Source of the DNA: Pomacea canaliculata
Taxonomy: Eukaryota
Direction of reading: 5' to 3'
NCBI RefSeq assembly: GCF_003073045.1
Contig: NC_037594.1
Coordinates: 13,237,353 to 13,301,352, forward strand
DNA: 64,000 nucleotides
Shown: one piece after another, positions 47,182 to 60,279 of the stretch
Numbering within the stretch: position 1 is the stretch's first letter
How the letters are laid out: each line of letters opens with the position of its first letter
Made by a program: the position numbers and the translations under genes
The notes under the pieces: generated by a model
What the model was told of the DNA's origin: nothing
Databases searched by the model: none
What the model saw: only the letters and a program-made list of their open reading frames with translations

Positions 47182-49049
47182 TATGAGCTTTCTACTGACT
47201 TCCCCATCTGTGATTTTGGAGGAAAAACCTGTAAAATTTCAGAAATATATAAAATAAATCTGTGATATATGATAAGCAGCATAATATATTTTTTTTTCAT
47301 TTTGTTGCTGACAAAATAATACATTTCAAGTCTGCTCAAAGCACATTTCTACACCATTTTAGTTTTTTTATTTACCCCTCATTATTTCCACAGGCTTGAG
47401 AGAGAGAGAAAGTGAAAGAGATAGAGTGTTTGTGTGAATGCATGCATGTGTGGTGTGCGTACATGTGCATGATTGTGCATGTGTGCATACAATGAAAATC
47501 TTACCAGATGTCAGAAGGTTGCTCTTCAAATTGAGTGATCCACCACCTTCTGACCATTTGGTCAGTAAGGAATTGTGGGTGCCTAGAAGGTCTTTTTCTT
47601 TTGACATAATTGCAGTGTGCTAGCTGTGTATCTCTGTCTTGCAATCAACTCATCAGACCAGGCATAATGAACTCTGCCAAATCAGTCAAAGATCAATGGA
47701 TGACAACTTGAAAGGTCATACATGTTTCTTAAAATATACATTATTTGTTCCCTGAACAATCTTACATAAGTGTTGTTTACTTCCATCACACAAATACCCA
47801 AAATCATTTCCTTGTGAAAATGTACACAATGAGCTGAGGACACTGAAACATGCAGTAAACTGGAGAATAATAATAATGAACATTTATTGTTCTATAGCTG
47901 TTTTTCAAATAATTTGCTTAGAGTGCTTCACAAATAAGCGAAACAGAATAATCCAATCCTAAATAACCTTACACGCTAACTAACATGCACATATGTACTC
48001 ATACATCATACAACAGACACACCCACAGAGTAAATACAGATAGACATTACACCAGCATACAATCTGGGCATGGAAGAAGAATTCATTGATTTTGAAAAAA
48101 GTACATCTTAAGTTAAGACTTTAAGGTGGTAAAGAATCAGCATGATAAAGACTGATGGGCAATTTGTTGCAAGTTGATGGAAAAAGACTTCTGTCCACAC
48201 ATGTTTGTCTTAGTTGGACTCAAAGATGCCTGGTGTCAAAAGATATATGGAGAAGTCATGAAGAAATATAGACAGGAGTGAGTTTTGAGAGGTATTGAGG
48301 ATCAGAACCAGAAACAGTGGAATAAGCGAAAGTAGAAAGTTCATATGCTTTATGATCAGAGACTGCAAGTCAGTCAAGAGAGCAAATGATGGGTGTTATA
48401 AGACAATTTGCAGATAAGACAAACAGCATTATTCTGAATCTAGAAAAACAATTTGCCGATGCATACACAGACGTATACATTATATAAACATATATACATC
48501 TATAAACCAATCTAACATATATTACATACTACCCTGCGAAGAAAAAGTACAGCAAACGGCCGGCTAGGAAGTGTTTTGCTTATCAGCAGCAAACAAAAAT
48601 GTGGTCGAATGTGTGTAGGCGAGATAAATTCTTGTCATAGAAACACTTGTAAAATGCACCTGTTAATTTTGAGTCCTTCATTTGCACAATTATCTTAATA
48701 ATAATAAATGCAAAATTTGTAAAGCGCATACTCACACCCCTAAGGAGCATGCTCTTAGCGCTTAAGAACAAGAACGAAACATGGACAGCACACGAGGGAC
48801 AGGAAAACAAACAAATAACATATAAACTATAAAAGAATAAACAACCGTACTAAACGAAGAATAAAATCAAATACAGAAAACGCAAAGAGGAACCAAATAA
48901 CAATTAAGAGCTGAGAGTAATATGATATTGCAAAAGGAAGGGTGTGAAAAAGGAATCTTACATCTTAAGAGAAAGACTGAAATCACCTCAGAACCCGTAG
49001 CAGTCCGACAATGTATTTTCAATGATTGTAGAGCTTGTTGCAAGTTCCT

Positions 49050-49650
49050 GTGTTCCTTGAACTTTGTAGCCGCTCTCGCTAGTTTATCCTAGCAACCTTC
49101 AGCATCTTTTTAATAACTATACAAATACAAGGAAAATAACTTTCGGTGCATTTACTCCACATAAATATACAGCCTGTGACAATTCTTGTTGCACGTGAAC
49201 TAGTTTGAGCTAGGAACTATTTTAAAAATTGAGCCGTGCGACTGCTAGTTGTGCAAGCCGAGGAAAGGGTCAACCCGCTTATTTACGGAGACGGGATTGC
49301 GAAACTCACTGAAATCCTTTGACAGGCGTCGTGAACAAGGGGACGTAACACGCAAAACACGCAGGCTGAGAAAAGGAGTTATTTCTGAGATGTTTGGACA
49401 TGTTTTAGCCAATGCTGAATCGCAATAATTAGTATGAAACTTTTAATGAGACGAAGGATATGAAACGGACCAAGCTAAAAAATATATTTGTATCACTTTT
49501 CTTTTCCAAAGGAGTACGATAATCAGTAGACAGCCCCGCCCTCTTGTTTACGAATGTGTGCTCTCCCCTTGACCGTTTCGAGACGACTGTGTGTGCGTGT
49601 GACTGTGAACTGTACGGGAAATTACAATAATTGTGCACGTCAACAAACAT
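49050..49650 (-). promoter_or_regulatory. TEP1: CpG-enriched region upstream of TEP1 exon 1: candidate TEP1 promoter and non-coding first exon
   Basis: CG dinucleotide density rises sharply (gccgaggaaagggtcaacccgcttatttacggagacgggattgcgaaactcac...cgtcgtgaacaaggggacgtaacacgcaaaacacgcagg) about 2 kb 5' of the TEP1 ATG; there are no long ORFs. Assignment is by position only. Confidence 0.3.
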
Positions 49651-50289
49651 GTTTACACAGCAATCTTTAGAATCTTAAGAATCTTAGTACTATGGCAGTG
49701 TCGACTGTTCACATTTTGGTTTGAATTTATCTTTCTGCCTTACCGTTCAAACGAGTGATCTGGTCGTGTTCACTTTAGCACTGTTCAGTTTGCAGCAGCA
49801 GAAAAAAACAACACCCCACCAAACAAAACAGGCATTTGTGAATTTTTGCAATACTTAGATACCTGTCTCGTAAATCATAATATTTAGAACAATCCTCTAA
49901 AAAGTTTGCACAGAATGGACAATAATCGTTTGATTACTGTCGAAAATATTTACAATTAGATCATTTTAATAAACTTTATAAACAAATTTCGAAACTTTAT
50001 TTCTAGTAATATTTGACAAGTCTTTTTCTGGCTGCAACGGGGATTTGAATGAATGATATTCTGAGAAGCGGTTACTGCCATTTAGTTTAATTCAAGTCCT
50101 GCAATCACCCATTCACACAATCCTCTATTTTTTTTTGCCTGAAGATTTTCAAAAGACTTTTTCGTTTCCCACTCCTCCTTTTACCCAGACTTCAGAGAAG
50201 CCGCATAGCTCAAAACATTTATAAAAATCAATCGTTGTCAGTTTAGTCGTTAGCTTCCATCTCCAAGATTTTTGTCTACAGCAAATCCG

Positions 50290-50770
50290 AGTGTATCTTC
50301 TGTTATTAACAAAGAACAGATCGGGTGGACAATATACAGCCCTGCTTTACTCCAGCTGGACATTGAGAGAAATTAGATGTGTGGGAATTCCAACGAACAC
50401 AAAATTGCACAGATCTATAGATACCGCGTAATATTTTTACCATTTTTGTCAAAACCTTTAGCTTAGGTAGGACTGCCCAAAGGTTGTTTCTATCAACCGA
50501 ATCAAAAACTTTCATAAAATTCACAACACGAACATAGAATTTACTTCTTCACTGGCCACATAATAACTTCTGGATCATAAAGACCAACGTGTAAATATGT
50601 TCAGTAGTAGCATAGTTTTGGGGTCACTTTTCTTCAGTAACGGTACAATAACAAATTTTAACCATTCAACCGGATAAATGGCTTTTGATGAAGTCTTGCA
50701 TGAAGGGCTATGGAATGTGGCTAAAAAATTCAACATTGAAGAGGCCCTCGTCCGAAGCATCGAAGCTGAG
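50290..50770 (-). mobile_element. Degraded non-LTR retrotransposon (LINE) reverse-transcriptase fragment
   Basis: Minus-strand ORFs 50575-50760 (...VIVPLLKKSDPKTMLLLNIF, the IPKKGD/PISL-like RT motif) and 50306-50524 (MNFMKVFDSVDRNNLWAVLPKLKV...IYRSVQFCVRWNSHTSNFSQCPAGVKQGCILS, RT motifs A (F-DSV) and B (GV-QGC-LS)), with a frameshift between them; a degenerate FAVD (YxDD-like) motif follows. Confidence 0.6.
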
Positions 50771-52594
50771 AAGACTCCAGAAGCTCAGTTCTCCTCAACA
50801 ACCGGTTAGGATAGATCTTCCCGACGACGATAGGCTGCCAGAGGCACCGTCTCTACCCTGTTCTCTCCAACGTCCTTTTTGAGAATATCATGCGAGATAT
50901 ATTCCAATCCTCACATCTCCGTGTCCATCGTAGGGAGACTACTATGTAACCTACGTTTTGCTGAAAGCATTACAGATGGCGAAAATGTTCAAAGAGCAGG
51001 GAAGAGAGCCAGCGATAGGGTACCTGTACCGGGTGTTACCCACTTTTGTTGGCGCCACTACCGAAAGTCGTGAGAGCATACCTGTGTACAATTCTGCTGA
51101 CAAAGGGAGTTTCGCCTAATCTTTCACTACAAAAGGCTTGTTAATAGTTGTCAGATATGATGCCCCACAAATCGTAACTCATGTGTAAGACCTAGCTCAG
51201 CAAGTTTGTAAATGAGGATAAAGTGTAAGTATATAGCTGCTCTGCACTTTTCCATACTTCCTCAACTTCATTCTACGTATTTCTTACAGGGAGACAACGC
51301 AAGACATTTATATCATCGTAACCCTGACCAGCGAAACATCATTCTGCACCCTGAAGGGGTCCAACACCTTTTAGAGTACCCCCACCACCACCCATAAAGT
51401 TTTATCGTCTTCAGAATATATTATTTGCCTTTGCACGCATTCCTTTTCTGGACAAATTACCCATTGTTTCAATTTGTGACCGAGTTAACACGAGGAAATT
51501 CGTTCCAGACAGAAATTAGTATGGCTGCATTACGTCGAATGACACACATATGGACCTAGAGGTAACGCACTCACATACACAAGTACAGGCACGCAAACAC
51601 ACACACACACTTTGCCTTGTCCATTGATCTATGTCGATTTTTGATGTCTCCTGTTGACCTTTGTTCTTTGTTGCCCCGGTTACCTCTGCTCTAAATTGTT
51701 CCTCTGTGCATATGCCTGTGCCAAGTCGTTTTTTTTTATTTAACCGATGGACCAATCTTCCCTTTTTCTTATCTGCGGCCATATGCTTTTCATCTACATC
51801 TGACACTAAGCAGGTTCCTGATCTGTAGGTCGACATCAGCGGGAACATCCAACGACATGCACGTGTTTCGCGCCATCTTGTTCCGTGTACTTCTGTCGTG
51901 TCCACTAGTGGTTCCTCGGTGTCAGGAACTCATAACCATGTGCCCCAAGAAATTTGTTCAAGTGTTCACTGCCAAATGTTCAAAATTTTCTCCGCCTCGC
52001 CTTGACTGCAAGATCCGGTTCCTATACTTTAATGCCGCGATAATGTATCAATGAATATTCTTTTTCATTGTTATGAATGCTATTATTTTATGGCACAATG
52101 TAGATATTTAATTATAAAAGCTGTCCGTGTTCCCACCATTCACACATTTTTTAAAATAAGAATTAAATTTTTTTAAAGATAGTATATTTTGCGATGTCAT
52201 TTATCCCAGAGGGCATTTAATAGCAGTTCTATTAGGAAGCAATCAGGATTAGAACTAAGCAACACAAAAACAATAATCAACGATATCATCACACATTTAT
52301 ATCCGTCACACCAGATAGACTCCCAAACAAAGAAAATTCAGACCCACGTGTGAGCACAATTCACTCACACAGGGCAGAGCTCAGAAGTCGTTCGCACGAA
52401 ACTATAAAGGACAACCTGAACCTGTTTGTCCTGCATGCAGGCGTACAGAATGGGCGGCCCGACAGGACTCTCCCGACAGGACAGGCCTATTGTTACGTAG
52501 AATTGCACTTTTGAAAATGTCATATTACACAAAGTCTGAAGATCACTCTGAGCGGTCCTATTAAAATTATATATAAAAAAGCGTGCTTACACAA

Positions 52595-52817
52595 ATGGAA
52601 CTTCGAAAGTTGGATGAAGATATTAGTGCAATCAGATGGTTTGTTGGTTTGTTTGATAAGAACGTTCCTTCATTCAGCGATGAAGCGGACAGGCAAATGG
52701 CTCGGGCACTGTCGTCCAAACAGGCGCAGTGGTTCGATACCCGTGAAGCGCAACATATTTCCCCAGTTGAGCCAACTGTCGGAAATAAGTACCTGACTCC
52801 AAAGAGTGCTGGTGAAG
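52595..52817 (+). CDS. Candidate first coding exon of an unidentified plus-strand gene (74 codons, then a GTAAGG donor)
   Basis: ATG at 52595 in acaaATGg context; open frame MELRKLDEDISAIRWFVGLFDKNVPSFSDEADRQMARALSSKQAQWFDTREAQHISPVEPTVGNKYLTPKSAGE ending exactly at a strong donor gaag|gtaagg (52818). No homology recognised; the TATA-like tatatataaaaaa (52569-52581) is too close to the ATG to serve it. Confidence 0.2.
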
Positions 52818-53099
52818 GTAAGGCAGCGAGGTAGAGTACACGACAGTACACATACATTTCAAAGGCAGAACGGGTCTTATGGGCACTTTCATGTTCAGAG
52901 GGAAGATCTCAACATTTAGGCAGCTGTCCATGATGAGTAGCGCCTTCAAAAATATTACTAACATTATTATTAAAATATTACTAACTTAGTAACTATATTA
53001 TTAATACAGATAGCAAAAATATTACGAAGATTAACTAACATATAGTAATATAGAAACGAAAGGATGGCAAGCAACTTTAACCCTTTAACTTAGTGCAGC

Positions 53100-54250
53100 C
53101 GAGGGTCAGTCTCACCGACCGGCACTTACAAAGCTCTCACCTCACTCGCGATGGTCAGTGGACTGTCTGAGTGCCTTGGAGGGGAACCTGACCTTGATTT
53201 AGTAACGGAAGACGAACGAAAGGGGCGTGTGACAGTTTTGTGGTGGGAAACGCAGGCTGTGGTCCAGGCAAGGAGCAACCGACCACGTACACGGCTGGCT
53301 TTTGCGATAAATTATCTACCTAACAAGTCATACAGCCGTTTTCTGGAGAAAGAGCAGTAAATGCAAAACAGAGTGAGAATTGGAAAGGGGCCGTGACGGC
53401 CCTTGACAGATGTGTTGACGCGACCATTTTGCGGTTAAGGAAAGCTGACAGATGTTTCTAAGGTTCCGAGACCATTATTATAACGCCACCGAAGTTGCTA
53501 AGCTCTTCACGCGTAGACGAGACCTCTCCTTAATCCGCAAATCGTGGCGTTTCGTCTCTCATCAACAATTTACACGCGACAGGTCTCGTAAACCCGCCAG
53601 TGTCAGACAGGCGAGCAGCTCGTGTGGACCCCTTGCTCCAGCCCGAGCGGGAACGACGAGCCCAAGCGCGTGGTGACGTCACAAGCGAGTGCTTACGTCA
53701 CAGGCCACCAACCATCTCGGTTGTCGTAATACGAGCTCGGCACAGCTTTGTGCCACCCAACGACTGGACTCTTGGCGATCCCGTTCTGCCGGAAACCCGA
53801 TAGTCTGTCGACCGACTGGGATGACCGCTGGATGACCGTTGGCAGTTGGCCCGCCTTTGTACTGCAACACAACGCCACTTTGATACTTTAATTACACACA
53901 AGCAGTTAATAGAGTGTGGGTGGCAGGGTGGTTAGTGGCCGCCCCGGACTTAGCGGGCATGACCCACGCTGATCACGTGACAAGTAGCAGTGGGGCGGGG
54001 AGGTGGCAGAGGGGGTGGTTTACTGGGCCAGAGGTCAGGGGGAATGTAAGTCCAGCGCGGGCAAGTGTTTAGTGCAAGATATTCGGATACTCCACTGCAC
54101 ATTTAAATCGACATGTTAAGACCAAATCATTGACTCTGATCATGTGACTTAAATAATCCCACTAATGTTGCCTCTCCTTTTTTCGCGCATGCGCAATATC
54201 TGACATACAGCATGGCGCATCGTGAGAGGGTCATGAAGTCATCAAACACC
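53100..54250. promoter_or_regulatory. CpG island with two palindromic CRE sites (TGACGTCA at about 53675 and about 53693) and an NRF1-like GCGCATGCGC (about 54188); an orphan or bidirectional promoter candidate
   Basis: High CpG observed/expected ratio by eye over about 1.1 kb (gcccgagcgggaacgacgagcccaagcgcgtggtgacgtcacaagcgagtgcttacgtcacagg ...ttttcgcgcatgcgcaatatctg). ORFs overlap on both strands (GC artefact); no convincing coding exon inside. Confidence 0.4.
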
Positions 54251-54595
54251 ATTTTAGTAGACCAGCTGTCCAAAATATGTGATTAATAATACATACCAGT
54301 TGAAACATTTAAAGTAATGCATTTCATAAGTAATGAAATTAAGTATTGGGACCCTTTTCTGTCTAAAGTTTGTAGAAATCAGCCTGAGGATCACAAAGAA
54401 GGCCATTTCTTCACAGTAAAGGTACACGTTCAAGTGAGGGTCTATCGTTTAGAATCAGAATTTAGCAAGCTTTTCAGTGCCATACGCAAACCAGAAAGGG
54501 AAGGGAGGAGTGGTGTGTGTGTGAGTGTGAGTTGTATGTACGTGGCTTGGCTTACAGCGTTTTTTCACGATCTACACGATTTCATCTTTGTCGAC

Positions 54596-54684
54596 ATGGA
54601 GACAGAGCAATTAAAGTCAAAGAGAAGTTCTGAGTCACTTTCAAGGTTGCCTACACTTGCCAGAGTAGTAATTGTAGGCAGTGG
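54596..54684 (+). CDS. Weak candidate first coding exon ending in the start of a dinucleotide-binding (Rossmann GxGxxG) motif
   Basis: ATG at 54596 (G at -3, G at +4); METEQLKSKRSSESLSRLPTLARVVIVGSG, then donor-like gg|GTAGAG; it sits at the 3' edge of the 53.1-54.25 kb CpG island. No in-phase continuation exon was found. Confidence 0.12.
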
Positions 54685-57499
54685 GTAGAGGAAACAAAGT
54701 AAACCGATGAAAGCGAAGCGTAACTAAGTCTGCTTAATGCACGAAAGAATCGTGTACCGTCTGCCTGTGTCTGACTCTTACACCTTCTCTGTACACTTGC
54801 AGAAAGAACATTTGTCGACCGCTACTATCAACACCTTTTTTCCCCGAGTGAGGAAAGCTAGACAGAAAGGAGTGGAGCGCTTTGAACCAAAGATGCACGT
54901 GAGCAACTCTTTACTGATCAGCACAAATATAAGCCTAATTTAATAATTATACTAATAAATCGCAATAGAAACAATAACGATTATTTCTGTGTGTTAAGCA
55001 CGATATATGTACTTATATGCGAAAAAAAAAATAATAAAAAAAATGCGAACCATTCGGGACGTGAGCATGCGCAGTCGAGCTACTGCCTCTGATGTTCATA
55101 AAGGGCATGTGATCCGTCCTGTCTGAGCGGACTCATAGGCTGAGGCTCACGATTAAGTAGCAGCCAAGAGTATGAAATATGAGATGTCGAAAATGCAAAA
55201 GTGCAATATCACGAACCACAACATCAGCTTATAGCTGTAGCTATCGCAAACTGTTCGAGCGTGCATTCAAAGTACATTGTTTCAAAAAAAAAATTTATTA
55301 TTATTATTGCAGATTTATATAGCACAATTTTCAACATTAGAGTGGTCTCCACGCACTTTACAAAACAAAATACTTCAAAACAGATTGACACAAAAAAACC
55401 ACGTTCAAACAAAGGCAAAACTTATTAACAAACAATTATACAGAGACATTGCAACTAACAAAAATACAAGGTAGAAAAAAGAAAAATCTGCACACAAGCA
55501 TAGATACAACTTCTTTATAAGAGGGTCGTGATGAGGAGGGCCTCAACACAAAGGCCGTGCACAGCAGTTCACAAGACATCAGAAGGTTTCAGTCCACGCT
55601 GCTGCAACACGTTGATCAACAATCTCAAATGTGGCGAAGCGGGTCTGAGATGAGAAATTGTCAAATGTGGAGTGATAGAAGTGGAGAAAATATGGCTGTA
55701 GAGATCGTTAGTTGATTATAACCCCACCAGTAGTACAATGCAATAATAACGTGTAGAGCATATTTCCTTCCCAATAAAATTTGTCGATTTATTCAAGATT
55801 GTCAGTCCCCACAGTAACCCTGATTATTACTTTACCCCTTTGCCTAGGTAATGGCAGCTCATAGTCCGGCATAAACTCAAACATCTCTTTTCTCGTCGTT
55901 CATCACCAATCGGATCAATTTCATATATATATATAATTGTATTCAACTTTCAGTCCTTTGTCGATTTGTAAAATACGTTGCCGAGGGGAAAAAAGATGAT
56001 CGTGTGAAAAGCGCTTAGGCAACGTCTGGTAAATCCACTTGAACCCATGGACACCATTTGCGGAGAGGCAAGAGAGAGTTCGTCAAGGGGGATAATCACC
56101 ACGCCTCATTTTCCCATGATTGATAGCAGACTGCAACAGTTTCCAAACAAACCTCCTAAAGGAACTGCCGTGCAACGTCGCTTTCCAACGACCCGCATCC
56201 GTCTGCAAATCCCCGAGCATCAAAAACGTGGTGAGAGATGAGAAAACCTGAAAGTCAGTTCGCCTATAATCACATCGCTTCTGCTCTTTTTGTCCTTTTT
56301 TCTCGGCTCGCCTTTTCGAAAACACTCTCCCCCTCAAAAGATCGGATGAGATGTTTTTGTTAGCTTTCGACTGGAATCAAGAGGTTATATCAGTGCGTTT
56401 CCTGAGATAAAGTATTGCTTTTTCAGATTTTGTTTGAATGTTTGCCCGTCTTTGATAGAACAGCGCGAAGATGTCTTAGCAAGACTGGGTCTCGTCTGCC
56501 TTGTAGTTCTAAGCGGCCACTCCAACATGCCGAGTCTTATAACTGTCCCAGCGGCGGTTTATCGCTACAATAAGAAATGAAAAATGTTCGTGAACCTGGT
56601 TTTAGCTGCTCGCCGAGGGCATCCCACTGGATTGGTCCGTGCATTAAAATACTTCGAGTTGCATAGTGAAACAGGAAAAAATGCTTTGAACTTAGATGTG
56701 GAATTTCTGTGACTCAGGGATGTGCGGGCGTTTGTGGGTAAGGGTTTCCGATCCCATCATGCCCTTTTCCTGATTCACCCCCAACCCCCGCCTTAACTCA
56801 CCCGAGTGGCTGCAGTAGTCAGTGAACAAGGTCTTGGGTCACCTGGTACAAAGGAAATGGTCCAGCAAAGTTGGCGTGAGGTTGTCGACAAAACAGACAG
56901 AGGTTTCCAGCGGAAAAAAATCAACAGCTTTGGACCCAAACCATCGGAGAGCATGAAACACCCTTCCCCTATGACGCTAGGTACAGGGAGGTCTACAAAA
57001 ATGCTAGAAAAAAAAACGTTTTATTTTTCTACTCTGAGAAAATTCAATGATGGGTTGCATGCCCTCAGAAATACCAAAGTGTCTTTATCACTGTTATTAT
57101 TACCTGGAAAATAAACAGTAAAGCTATGTTTTCTTTGTTCTCTGCGAACTAACTCTTTCGCACATTCAGCTGTAAGTGAACTAACGGAAAAGTCATGAAG
57201 CAAGAAGGAAGTGGCGCGCGACGATAGGAACTGTAGCACGTTAAATGCCACAGCTTGGAGGGTGACGTCCGATGCATGTGTTCTTTGAGGATTTGTTAAT
57301 GACATTTTTTTTTTAGACACGGCACACGCCATGGAATGATTAATCTCAAGCCCTCGCATTTTAGAGTCTAGCTGCATGTTATAGCTATGGTGATGGATTA
57401 AGTTACGGTGGTTGCGGTGGAAGCCAAGCATTAATTAGCATAGATTTCCGTAGAAATGAATCTTCTTTTGTCTTCTTGTTTAACAGATTGCTTCCTTCT

Positions 57500-57529
57500 G
57501 CTCTCTCTCTCTCTGTGTGAGAGAGAGAC
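57500..57529. repeat. Palindromic compound microsatellite (CT)7(GT)2(GA)5, capable of forming a hairpin
   Basis: ctctctctctctctgtgtgagagagagac read directly. Confidence 0.9.
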
Positions 57530-60279
57530 GTTGGTATGATTGGGTGGATATTGGGACGTTGATTACATTTCCCGTCTTCACATACGGCCTTTCATGTTTG
57601 ATGGAAGCCAGTTTCGAGCTTGAGTGATGTCGTTTATTGCCTTTGCCATCACCAGACACAACACCTGCAGAGACAAATGCCTTTCTTTCAAAAGATCTTA
57701 GCATTTATAAAAGTTATTAATCTATTCTGGTTCTTCAGTTTAAACAGAAAGATCTTTGTCTCACTTTATTACAATTGTATGGATGCCCCAGAGGGGACTG
57801 CAAAAGCTATCTTTTATCGTTTCTATCCATCAAAGAACCTTTACATTTTAAAAAGTTATAGCTGAGTTTGTGTGGAAATAGATATCTGAATGCTTGTGCA
57901 AGACACAGCAAAATGAAAAGAATATGCTCCTATCTTTCTGCATCCAGGTAAAGAGGAGTGTTAAATGATATTCAAGGAACCACAGTTCCTACTTCACCCA
58001 GTCTAGAGAGCCAGTGAAGGAAAGCAAAGTTGTCACACAGAAAGGACGTGCGTTTGATCTTTGTCATTGCCAGACTTTCCATCCCACCCACTCCCTTCTG
58101 TACCCTTTGAAATAACAGTGATCCCTAAGATCGATCGTCGCTTAATGGAGGCTAGCGAGCACCCGGTCAGTCACCCAACACCCCGTTGTTGTACAATCGA
58201 GCGCTTTACACCCGACGGACGTCCTGTCCCTATAATTATGTTTGGATCGACCTCTACCTGTCCAGGGTGGAGGGAGGAAGATAAGCGTATTTTCGGCAAC
58301 ACCACACGTGTCTATATTTTTGTTTTCGGATTGTTTTTCCTGGTCACCATGGGTACTGTAGCAGCAGGAAGCGATTTGCAGGAAATGAGATTTGCTTTAC
58401 AAACACCTTATTCTGAGAATGGCGGCGTCTTTGAAGAATCTACCGTCCACTATTCGTTTAATTATTTTGTGTGTGAGTGCGTGAAGCGCTTTTAATTAAA
58501 GGAAAACAAACCCTACCCGGGCTACCCTGCTTATATTTGTCAGCGGTCGCTATTCCTGTGATTCCAAACCGATTTCAGATAAATTAAGTAAAGTGTGACA
58601 AGCAGACACACTGTCGGGGTGTGGTCAGACAGACACTGATATATTTTGAACTGACTATTGTTTTCAAGAACGCTTTAAAAAAAAATGTAATGTGGAAGGA
58701 AAGGTCTTCTCGCTGCTGCCTGCCATGTGAGTGGCATTATGGGAAAATGCCCAGCTCGCGTGTCGTCCACAAGACGCTGGGGGACTTTTGGCTGATCCTC
58801 TCCTCCTTTGAAGTCACAGTAATACTTCATCGGGCAAATGAAAGTATCAGGCTTTTCTGTGGTCGAGTAAGACGTGTAATGACTCAGGTGTAATGAAAAC
58901 CGCTCCTTCTCTTGTTCTCCTTTTGTCGGAACTCGTTAGCCTGAATGTCCGGACTTTATCTACAGTCAGGGTCACGTGATCAACGAAGAGCATCACAGTA
59001 ATTATTCTCTCCCCTCCTCCCATAAATGTTTATTTATGACATCTTCAAAAGTCGTACGGTGAAAGTTTCTCATTAAAGGATGAAGCGGCTGTTTAACAAA
59101 ATAACTTACACTTTAACGAAACTAAAGTACCACCTGTAGCAGACCATTCAGGTTCAAAATGTCCACGTTTCCTTTTTTCACCGGCTGGGGCGACCCAGCA
59201 GAGAAGCGGTAAAACTCAATTTTGTCACCACCGCAGTGAGGATCGTGATGTGATCGTCTCGTGTTAGGACACGTGCTTGTGGACCACCAACAACAGTACT
59301 AAATCGCTTGAAGCTGAAAACTACAAAATAAACCAACTAACCGCCGCCGACTTTTATTTCTGTAATGACCCATTCTGTTTGAACCTGGAGACGCTTGGAG
59401 ATGCTTTCATGTTCTGTCAGGATAAGCCATTTCCCAACCTTGCGAACTTTAAGCTCTTGGCAGAAGTGGAGATCCCTCTAAAGGCCTAGAATTTTCCAGT
59501 TTTACATGTTGTTGGCAGATTGTTTTGATGTCTACAAAAGGGTGATAGTCTTGTTCTGCTATACTTTCTAATGGTGGATATTGTTGAAAGACCATCAAAG
59601 GTCTGAATTTTTTCCCCACAATGATGACATTGTCAACTATTTTTTAAGACACTCAAAAGGACAGTTCTTGATCGAATCTTAGTCACTAGTAACCATACGC
59701 TTTAACTGGCTTTTGTTTAGTTCGCGAGCATACTTATGAATGTTCAGGCAGTCCACCCAAACATCGTACACAAAACGAAAACAACGGACACACATCTCAG
59801 ATGTATTAAGGGAAGAAGCGCGTGTGACTATCGATGTGTCTGTTATCTGTAAATTTTAAAAAATCATTGCAACTCGTCTACACTGTCTGCAGCACATCTG
59901 CTGCAAGTTCGCAATCACTTTCTGGACTTAGCATCATGGGTGTACGTGTTTCCTTTCCATGCATTAAAGTGCCCACAAATGTCACAAAGTAGACGTGAAC
60001 CAACGAACTACTGTATGTAAGGAAAGAAAATTCGAAGACTCGTGTAGCCCAGTCAGGTGCTCACGGATGCCCTCCGGCCACATTTCCTGTACCAGCTGCT
60101 CACCGTCTTCGTGTGCTCATCCACGTGATTGGCAGAGTTCAGCGGCAAGTGAGTTATCCCCCATCCTTATCCCTCCACCCAGTTCGACGTGAGTGGCTAG
60201 AGGTGAGGGGAGGGGGAGGAGAGCGTTTCTGACAAAATGAATGCAAGTTCTTTCATCAACAAAAAAGTTAATGTTGCCG

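Noticed and set aside
46669-47257. Three plus-strand ORFs (46669-46944, 46682-46957, 46967-47257)
   Set aside because: They are antisense to TEP1 coding exon 1, which has homology-supported continuity; no independent support.
52569-52581. TATA-like tatatataaaaaa as the promoter of the 52595 candidate exon
   Set aside because: It is only about 15 bp upstream of the ATG, so a TSS 25-30 bp downstream of it would fall inside the ORF; the two signals are mutually incompatible.
54737-54943. ORF KEHLSTATINTFFPRVRKARQKGVERFEPKMH, with good acceptor (acttgcag) and donor (cac|gtgagc), as exon 2 following the 54596-54684 candidate
   Set aside because: The only open frame is out of phase with the putative upstream exon (which ends in phase 2), and it does not continue a Rossmann fold.
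57021-57431. 136-aa minus-strand ORF
   Set aside because: No homology, no plausible splice or Kozak context, and the surrounding sequence looks non-coding.
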